From Desulfovibrio subterraneus (GTDB taxonomy: Bacteria > Desulfobacterota > Desulfovibrionia > Desulfovibrionales > Desulfovibrionaceae): a DNA stretch of 32,000 bases. The notes under the pieces were generated by a model. The model ran no database searches and was not told where the DNA came from. It worked only from the letters and a program-made list of their open reading frames with translations. Within the stretch, counting starts at the first letter, position 1. Each line of letters starts with the position of its first letter. The stretch spans positions 13,574-45,573 of the forward strand of contig NZ_BLVO01000013.1 of the NCBI RefSeq assembly GCF_013340285.1, in the 5' to 3' direction. The translations under genes were made by a program, and so were the position numbers. Below, piece by piece: positions 25,416-32,000 of the stretch.

Positions 25416-25946
25416 ATGAGCTGTTGCAATCATTCGCATGGCGTTGCTTCGGGCTGCTGCGGAACCGCGGAAAACGATTCCGAAATCACCCCCGAACAGT
25501 GGGCAGAGGTGCACGCCATCATCGCCCGTCACAAGGAAACTCCGGGTGCGCTCATCACCGTGCTGCGCGAGGCGCAGGGCGTGGTGGGATACTTCCCGAT
25601 CGAGCTTCTGGACTGCATTGCCGAGGGCATGAACATTCCTGCCAGCGACGTGTTTGGCGTGGTTTCGTTTTATTCCCTGTTTTCGCTCAACCCCAAGGGC
25701 CGTCACACCATCAAGGTGTGCACGGGCACTGCCTGCTACGTGAAGGGCATTCGCGAGGTCATCAACCGCATTGCCTCGGAATACGGCATTCGCGAGGGGG
25801 AAACCACCGAGGACCGCCGCTTTGACCTTGAAGGCGTGCGCTGTCTTGGTGCCTGCGGCCTTGCGCCTGTCATGGTTGTCGGGGAAGATACGCACGGAGC
25901 CGTATCTGCCGACAGAGTGCTTGAACTGCTCAAGAAGTACACCTAG
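25416..25946 (+). CDS. NuoE/HndA/HydC-like thioredoxin-fold [2Fe-2S] subunit of a soluble NAD(P)-linked formate dehydrogenase
   Basis: Start at 25416 with a GGAGAG Shine-Dalgarno. NuoE cluster ligands appear in context (KVCTGTACYVKG ... RCLGACGLAPVM). It has an unusual N-terminus, MSCCNHSHGVASGCCG. Confidence 0.9.
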   Translation: MSCCNHSHGVASGCCGTAENDSEITPEQWAEVHAIIARHKETPGALITVLREAQGVVGYFPIELLDCIAEGMNIPASDVFGVVSFYSLFSLNPKGRHTIKVCTGTACYVKGIREVINRIASEYGIREGETTEDRRFDLEGVRCLGACGLAPVMVVGEDTHGAVSADRVLELLKKYT

Positions 25947-25954
25947 GGGGCTGC

Positions 25955-27841
25955 ATGACGGTACAACATGATAACGCTTGCTGCTGTACAGCCGCCCGCC
26001 GTCTGACGGTGGACGACCTTGCAGTCATGCGCGAAGAGTATGCGGCCCGCCTGCATGCGCCGAACATGCGGCACATCTTTATCTGCGGCGGCACGGGCTG
26101 CCATGCCACCGGCAGCATAGCGGTGAAGAACCGCCTTGTGGAAGAAGTGGCCGCGCGCGGCCTGACGGATACCGTGCGTATTGTGGAAACGGGCTGTAAC
26201 GGCTTTTGCGCGCTCGGCCCGCTGCTGCTGGTGCATCCGGAGAACATCTTTTACCAGAAGCTTGCTGCTGATGACATTCCCGAACTCGTGGAAGAGCAGC
26301 TTGTGCACGGCAGGCAGGTGGAACGCCTGCTGTATCGTGACCCGCAGACAAAAAAGCCCATTCCGCATTTCGGCGATATTCCTTTTTTCGCCCGCCAGCA
26401 GCCGTGGACCCTGCGCAACAAGGGCGTGATCAACCCTGAATCCGTCGAGGACTACATAGGCCGCGACGGGTATCGCGGCACGGCCAGAGCCCTGCTGGAA
26501 ATGACGCCCGAATCCATTGTGCAGGAAATGCTCACCTCCGGCCTTCGCGGTCGCGGCGGGGCAGGGTTCCCCACGGGGATGAAGTGGCAGTTTGCCCAGC
26601 GCAGCGCGGGCGATGTGAAATACGTGCTCTGCAACGCGGATGAGGGCGACCCCGGTGCCTTCATGGACCGCTCCATTCTGGAAGCGGACCCCCATGCCGT
26701 GCTGGAAGGCATGATCATCGCGGCCCGCGCCATTAACGCGTATCAGGGCTACATCTACTGTCGTTCCGAATATCCCCTGGCCGTGCGCCGTGTGCAGATA
26801 GCCATAGAACAGGCCCGTGCACTTGGTCTGCTCGGTCACAATATTCTCGGTTCCGGCTTTGATTTCGACGTGGAAATCTATCAGGGCGCTGGCGCTTTCG
26901 TCTGCGGCGAAGAAACCGCGCTCATGCGATCCATCGAGGGCAAGCGCGGCATGCCGCGTCCGCGTCCTCCGTTCCCTGCGCACAAGGGGCTGTGGGAAAA
27001 ACCCACCATCCTCAATAACGTGGAAACGCTGGCCAACGTTGCGCAGATTATGCTCAACGGCGGTGCGTGGTACGCCTCTGTGGGAACGGAAAAGAGCAAG
27101 GGTACCAAGGTGTTCGCGCTCTCCGGCGATGTGAACAACATCGGCCTTGTGGAAGTGCCCATGGGTACCCCCCTGCGCAGCATTGTCTATGACATCGGCG
27201 GCGGCATTCCCAAAAAGCGCAAGCTCAAGGCCGTGCAGCTCGGCGGTCCTTCCGGCGGGTGTATTCCCGAGGCATATCTTGATGTCATCATCGACTATGA
27301 AGAGATAGCCAAGGTCGGCGCCATCATGGGCTCCGGCGGTGCCATTGTCATGGACGACCGCACTTGCATGGTGGATATGGCCCGCTTCTTCCTTGATTTC
27401 ATTCAGGACGAAAGCTGCGGCAAGTGTACTCCCTGCCGGGAAGGCACGCGCCGCCAGCTTGAACTGCTGGAAAAGATATGCGCAGGCAAGGGCGAAGATG
27501 GCGATATCGAGCTGCTGGAAGAGCTTTCTTCCATGATTACGGAATCGGCTCTGTGCGGGCTGGGGCAGACGGCGTCCAACCCTGTGCTTTCCGCCCTGCG
27601 GTATTTCCGCGATGAGTTCGATGCCCACATCAAGCAGAAGAAGTGTCCTGCCAAGCGCTGCGCCGCGCTGCTCGATTTCACGGTCAACGCGGACAAGTGC
27701 AAGAAGTGCGGCAAGTGCTTCCAGACCTGCCCTGTGCAGGCCATTGCGTGGCAGAAAAAGGAAGTGGCTGTGATCAATCGCGATATCTGTGTGCGCTGCA
27801 TGAGCTGCTTCGAGGCATGCCCCTTTGATGCCATAGACTAG
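25955..27841 (+). CDS. NuoF/HndC/HydB-like flavoprotein subunit (FMN, NAD(P)H; N-terminal [2Fe-2S] domain and C-terminal 2x[4Fe-4S])
   Basis: 628 aa. Contains GRGGAGFPTGMKW (FMN site), DEGDPGAFMDR and ESCGKCTPCREG (N3 cluster). A C-terminal ferredoxin domain has CKKCGKCFQTCP and CVRCMSCFEACP. An N-terminal thioredoxin-like domain has CGGTGCHA...CNGFCALGP. Confidence 0.92.
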   Translation: MTVQHDNACCCTAARRLTVDDLAVMREEYAARLHAPNMRHIFICGGTGCHATGSIAVKNRLVEEVAARGLTDTVRIVETGCNGFCALGPLLLVHPENIFYQKLAADDIPELVEEQLVHGRQVERLLYRDPQTKKPIPHFGDIPFFARQQPWTLRNKGVINPESVEDYIGRDGYRGTARALLEMTPESIVQEMLTSGLRGRGGAGFPTGMKWQFAQRSAGDVKYVLCNADEGDPGAFMDRSILEADPHAVLEGMIIAARAINAYQGYIYCRSEYPLAVRRVQIAIEQARALGLLGHNILGSGFDFDVEIYQGAGAFVCGEETALMRSIEGKRGMPRPRPPFPAHKGLWEKPTILNNVETLANVAQIMLNGGAWYASVGTEKSKGTKVFALSGDVNNIGLVEVPMGTPLRSIVYDIGGGIPKKRKLKAVQLGGPSGGCIPEAYLDVIIDYEEIAKVGAIMGSGGAIVMDDRTCMVDMARFFLDFIQDESCGKCTPCREGTRRQLELLEKICAGKGEDGDIELLEELSSMITESALCGLGQTASNPVLSALRYFRDEFDAHIKQKKCPAKRCAALLDFTVNADKCKKCGKCFQTCPVQAIAWQKKEVAVINRDICVRCMSCFEACPFDAID

Positions 27842-27895
27842 CCGCGAGTAACGCTGAGGGAGCCCCTGACTTGGTCAGAGTATGTATGGAGTAGA

Positions 27896-27950
27896 TCCGG
27901 ATTTGTTCCGGATTTGATCCTGATTTGATCCGGAGTCGATTCTGACAAGC
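27896..27950. repeat. About five tandem 11-bp units in the 250-bp gap upstream of fdhA
   Basis: The units are TCCGGATTTGT, TCCGGATTTGA, TCCTGATTTGA, TCCGGAGTCGA and TTCTGACAAGC. They are contiguous with an exact 11-nt period, about one helical turn. Confidence 0.7.
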
Positions 27951-28092
27951 CACCGGCTGGACGTACTCAGGCAGAATAGTTTTTGTGTGTAAGCGCCTTT
28001 GGCGTTTTGCGAATGCCCCGGCGGGCAGGAAAGAAGCCCTGCACCCCCATAAGCATCGGGCATGTATACAATTAAGCTCTTTGGAATTCCGT

Positions 28093-30789
28093 ATGAGCAA
28101 TACACTGACATTGAACGGCATTACCTGCGAGTTCACACCCGGAGAAACCATTCTGGACGTGGCGCGGCGTAATCATGTGGATATTCCCACGCTTTGCCAC
28201 CTGAAAGGCACAACGCCCACGGGCGCATGCCGTATCTGCGTGGTGGAAGTGAAGGGCGCGCGCAGCCTTGTGGCTTCCTGTGCTGCACCGGCCGGTGCGG
28301 GAATGGAGATTCAGACCGAATCGCCAAGCGTGGTGCGGTCGCGCAGAATGAACCTTGAGTTGCTGCTTTCTTCCGGCTCGCACGACTGTCTGCTCTGTCC
28401 GGCTTCCGGCGACTGCACCCTGCAGGCGCTGGCTTTCCGCTACGGTGCCGGTGGCAGAAAATTCGAGGCGCGCAAGCCCGCGCACAAGCCGGATGCGTCA
28501 AATCCCTTTCTCATCCGCGATTTTTCCAAATGCATCCTGTGCGGGCGCTGTGTGCAGGCCTGCAAGCAGGTGCAGGTGAACGATGCCATAGACTACGGCT
28601 ATCGCGGGGCAAAGACCAAGATCATCACCGGCAACGACCTGCCTCTGGGCCAGTCTGACTGCGTGTTCTGTGGTGAATGCCTGCAGGTCTGCCCTGTGGG
28701 TGCCATTGCGCTCAAGGATGCCCGCAAGAAACCGCGCCAGTGCGAAACCCGCGCGGTGCGCACCACCTGTGCCTACTGCGGCGTGGGGTGTCAGGTGAAC
28801 CTGCATGTGCGCGATAATACCGTGCATATGGTCACGGGTGCCGATGTGGCCCCCAATCACGGCAGCCTGTGTGTGAAGGGGCGATTCGGCCTTGAATTCA
28901 TCGGCTCACCGGAGCGGCTGACAACGCCGCTGGTCCGCAAGGATGGCGAGCTTGTTCCCGCCACGTGGGATGAAGCGCTTGATGTGGTGGCGCAGCGGCT
29001 TGCCGCAGTGCGTGCGGAAGAGGGCGCAGATGCCGTGGGTGTGCTCACCTCGGCCCGCTGCACCAACGAAGAGAATTACCTGTTGCAGAAATTTGCCCGC
29101 GCAGTGGTCGGCACGAATAACGTCGACCACTGCGCGCGACTCTGACACTCCCCCACGGTGGCCGGTCTGGCCGCCGCATTCGGAAGCGGAGCTGCAACCA
29201 ACCCCATTCATGATGTGGTCAATGCTGATGTGGTGCTGATTACCGGCTCCAACATCACGGAGAACCATCCCGTGCTGGCTGCCGCACTGAAGCGTGCCGT
29301 GAAGTTCGGCAGGCCCGACGGCAAAAGAACCCGCCTTATCGTTGCCGACCCCCGCAAGGTGGGCATAGTCCGCCATGCGGATATCTGGATGCGCCCCACA
29401 CCGGGAACGGATGTGGCATGGATAAACGGCATTGCCCATGTGATTCTGCGCGAGAATCTGCACGATGCGGAGTACGTGACCGAGCGTACCGAGGAATTCG
29501 AGACATTCCGCGCTTCCGTTGCCTTGTTCACGCCGGAGCATGTGCAGGCCGTGACGGGCATTCCCGCCGCACAGGTGGAAGAGGCTGCGCGTCTGTATGC
29601 ATCAGGCAGAGCGCTCATTTTCTACTGCATGGGCATGACCCAGCATGTGAGCGGCACGGACAACGTGAAGGCGCTGGCGAATCTTGCCATGCTGTGCGGC
29701 AACATCGGCCGTGCGGGCGGCGGACTCAACCCCATCCGCGGACAGAACAACGTGCAGGGCGCATGCGACATGGGCGGGCTGCCGGACAAGCTGCCGGGCT
29801 ACCGTAATGTTGCGGATGCTGCCGCACGTGAGGCTGTGGGCGCCGTGTGGGGAACCACCCTGCCGGAAGGGCGGGGCATGACCTCGCGCGACATGTTCCA
29901 CGCCATGGAAAAAGGAACGCTGAAGGCGCTGTATCTGGTGGGCGAAAACCCCATGGTGTCCCATGCCGATCTGGGGCATGCGGAACGGTGCTTTGATGCC
30001 CTCGATTTCCTTGTGGTGCAGGATATTTTTCTCACCGAGACGGCGCGTCGGGCAGATGTGGTGCTGCCTTCGGCTTGCTTTGCAGAAAAGGACGGCACCT
30101 TCACCAACACCGAACGCCGCGTGCAGCGCGTACGCAAAGCCGTGAACGCACCGGGCGAAGCGCTGGCAGACTGGCGCATAGTCTGTGCGTTGGCAGAACG
30201 CATGGGTGCCACATGGCAATTCCGTTCACCGCAGGATGTGATGCGTGAGATTGCGGCTGTTACCCCCTCCTACGCAGGCATTTCCCATGGCCGGATAGAG
30301 GAGGAAGGAATTCACTGGCCGTGTCCGCATGACGAACATGAGGGTACCCCCATTTTGCACACGCAGGGCTTCCTGCGCGGCAAGGGGCGCTTTCATGCCG
30401 TATCCTTCGTGCCTCCGGCGGAACTGCCGGATGCCGACTATCCGTTCATCCTGACCACGGGCCGCGTGCTCTATCAGTACCATACCGGCACCATGACCCG
30501 TAAGGCCAAGGGCCTTGCCGCCAAGGAAGCTGAGTGCTTTGTGGAATTGGCCCGTGAAGATGCGCTGCGTCTGGGAATAGGGCAGAGGATGGATGTGCGC
30601 GTGACCTCGCGCCGTGGCAGCATAGTGGTGAAGGCCCGCATTTCACCCAAGGCGGTGGCGGGTACGGTGTTCATTCCCTTCCACTTTGCCGAGGCGGCTG
30701 CAAACCGGCTGACGCACGATGCGTCTGATCCGGCATCCGGCATCAGCGAGTTCAAGGTTTGCGCCGTGCGTGTGGAGCCTGCGGTCTGA
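28093..30789 (+). CDS. fdhA: Selenocysteine-containing formate dehydrogenase catalytic subunit with NuoG-like N-terminal Fe-S domains (in-frame TGA at 29143-29145 read as Sec)
   Basis: Two track ORFs (27985..29145 and 29158..30789) share one frame and are joined across a TGA in the conserved context [26 protein letters not shown]. The N-terminus has [2Fe-2S] (CRICVVEV) and 4Fe-4S motifs (CILCGRCVQAC, CVFCGECLQVCP). The body is a molybdopterin oxidoreductase. I placed the start at the ATG at 28093 (MSNTLTLNGI). Confidence 0.93.
29143..29176 (+). promoter_or_regulatory. Sec codon plus bacterial SECIS hairpin of fdhA
   Basis: After the UGA comes GGUGGCC-GGUCU-GGCCGCC: a 7-8 bp stem with one G-U pair and a GGUCU apical loop. 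The loop begins 18 nt after the UGA. It resembles the E. coli fdhF SECIS loop (GGUC). Confidence 0.75.
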
Positions 30790-30812
30790 CGCTGCCCCCC
30801 CTTTATGAGATG

Positions 30813-30858
30813 AAAAAAAGCCCGTCCGTGTTGCCTTGTGGCAGCCGGACGGGCTTTT
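30813..30858. terminator. Bidirectional Rho-independent terminator between convergent fdhA and lrp-family genes
   Basis: AAAAAAA-GCCCGTCCG...CGGACGGGC-TTTTCG with an inner GTTGCC/GGCAGC extension. There is an A-run on one side and a T-run on the other. Confidence 0.75.
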
Positions 30859-30882
30859 CGATTGGTCCTGAAAAAATGTCGG

Positions 30883-31347
30883 CTATTCCGGCAGCGTGTC
30901 AGGATCAAGGATGTAGGGAGCCATCATGCGGGTACCCTTGTACACCACAAAGCTCTCGACAGACAGGATGCCGTCGACCTTGGACATTTCATTGGAGTAG
31001 AACTCCAGTAGCCCGAATCCTTCCCGCAGCAGCAGGGTGAGGATGATGTCGAATCGGCCGGTAACCACGGCAGAAGAGATAACTCCCTTCAGCTCGCTCA
31101 GTTCCTGACACTTTGAGAACAAGTCCCTCTCGCTCAGGCGCACGCCTGTGTAGACGATGGTGTGGCCGGGAATTTTTTCAACATCCAGACGACCCACAAT
31201 GTCCATTACTCCGTCTTGCTGCATCTTGTTGATGCGCGAGCGCACGGTGTTCTCCGCAACGGAAAGCTCCTGTGCGATTTCCCTGTAGGACTTGCGCCCG
31301 TCAAGCAACTGCCCCGCAATCTGGAAGCTCAGCTTGTCGATTTTCAC
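30883..31347 (-). CDS. Lrp/AsnC family transcriptional regulator
   Basis: 154 aa. N-terminal HTH (LDGRKSYREIAQELSVAENTVRSRINKM) and a C-terminal AsnC/RAM-type ligand domain. Confidence 0.9.
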   Translation of the reverse strand: MKIDKLSFQIAGQLLDGRKSYREIAQELSVAENTVRSRINKMQQDGVMDIVGRLDVEKIPGHTIVYTGVRLSERDLFSKCQELSELKGVISSAVVTGRFDIILTLLLREGFGLLEFYSNEMSKVDGILSVESFVVYKGTRMMAPYILDPDTLPE

Positions 31348-31775
31348 TATTTCCTCCGAAAGGCTCTGGCGCGGAGGGGTTGCTGTTTTCAGCAGCGTTT
31401 ATTCCGCGCAAGGTGAGGGGAACAGGGCGAAAGCCCAACCAACCACGCGATGCCGTCAATAAGCTCGGTTCGTTACTTATCGGAAATTACAAAAAAGTTC
31501 AATTCCCCGTCATGAGAAAGTGATTTTTGCGGAAAAATGCAAATTCACTCCTCTGTAACCATTGAAGAATTCTCTAATCATTACAGGTAAGCAAGCGCTC
31601 TTCATCACTTTGCTGCGCAACTTTGCCGTTTTCTTCACGAGGGTGGCACATCATAGGGAAAATCAGCGGAAAAAAGATGATAGCACTGCTTGCGTCAGAT
31701 GCGGTGCTGCAGAAAACGCAGGCGAGCACTCTGTTTGCGGGCAGGGGTGTGCACCTGTAAGGGAAAAAGATGTAT

Positions 31776-32000
31776 TTAGCGGCGGGCCTGTTCAGCCCGC
31801 GCTCTGTATTTGGGGGCGGGGAAGCTGCGCACCGTGCATTGCGTGCCGTGCAGCGTGGTATACCGCGAGCAAATGGTCAGGGCGGTGCGGCGGGAAGCTC
31901 CGGCACCGGCAATCAGGCTGTACCAAGGTGTGCGACGCGTATCATACAGCACGATCACTTCGGCGGAAAAACCCGCCTTGGCGAGCCTGTTGCGTTCGGT
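31776..32000 (-). CDS. Hypothetical protein, C-terminal fragment (5' end outside the window)
   Basis: The minus-strand frame is open from the window edge to the stop at 31776 (...NRLAKAGFSAEVIVLYDTRRTPWYSLIAGAG...). I did not recognise a family. Confidence 0.3.
   Translation of the reverse strand, partial: TERNRLAKAGFSAEVIVLYDTRRTPWYSLIAGAGASRRTALTICSRYTTLHGTQCTVRSFPAPKYRARAEQARR

Noticed and set aside
25943-27628. 561-aa minus-strand ORF
   Set aside because: It is antisense to the NuoF-like gene, which has canonical FMN and Fe-S motifs on the plus strand.
27990-28010. Sigma54 promoter (TGGC...TTGC) upstream of fdhA
   Set aside because: TTGGCGTTTTGCG has the right letters, but the GG-to-GC spacing is 8 nt, or 14 nt to the next GC, not the required 12.
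29143-29157. Apparent truncation or pseudogenisation of the formate dehydrogenase gene (two ORFs)
   Set aside because: The stop is a TGA in the conserved [12 protein letters not shown] active-site context, the downstream frame is identical, and a SECIS hairpin follows. This is a selenocysteine codon, not a disruption.
1-32000. mer operon genes, mobile elements, integrases, CRISPR repeats and tRNA genes flanking hgcAB (that is, evidence that the locus is an island)
   Set aside because: None were found. The flanking genes are housekeeping, and composition looks uniform by eye. A formal GC-skew and k-mer analysis was not possible here.

Overview
High-GC, gene-dense chromosomal window that looks Desulfovibrio-like (Desulfovibrionaceae); this placement is an inference from protein content and composition. 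I found no tRNA or rRNA genes, CRISPR arrays or mobile elements.

The standout is at 14.9-16.2 kb. A corrinoid-binding protein with a C-terminal five-helix membrane domain carries the cap-helix motif G-I-N-V-W-C-A-A-G-K. Nine nucleotides downstream is a small 2x[4Fe-4S] ferredoxin that ends in vicinal Cys-Cys. This is the hgcA/hgcB mercury-methylation pair.

Immediately upstream, on the same strand and in the same reading frame, is a 209-codon ORF with 16 Cys arranged as CxC and CC(C) motifs. A single TGA follows a Cys codon and separates this ORF from hgcA. A 7-bp hairpin follows the TGA at the same spacing as the true SECIS in this window's selenocysteine formate dehydrogenase gene.

Other content, left to right:
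- A Pel-like exopolysaccharide modification/export cluster: TPR scaffold, CE4-like deacetylase, PelC-like lipoprotein and a divergent GH114/PelA-hydrolase-like lipoprotein.
- An HDOD signalling protein.
- A minus-strand housekeeping and envelope run: endonuclease III-like, EnvC-like M23, CtpA, YibQ-like, ndk, proC.
- hrpB.
- Two tandem paralogous orphan periplasmic binding proteins.
- A universal stress protein with a Cys-rich tail.
- A C1 block: fhs, folD, and a NuoE-like/NuoF-like/selenocysteine FdhA soluble formate dehydrogenase.
- An Lrp/AsnC regulator.

Many long ORFs in the supplied track are antisense shadows of real genes and were rejected.
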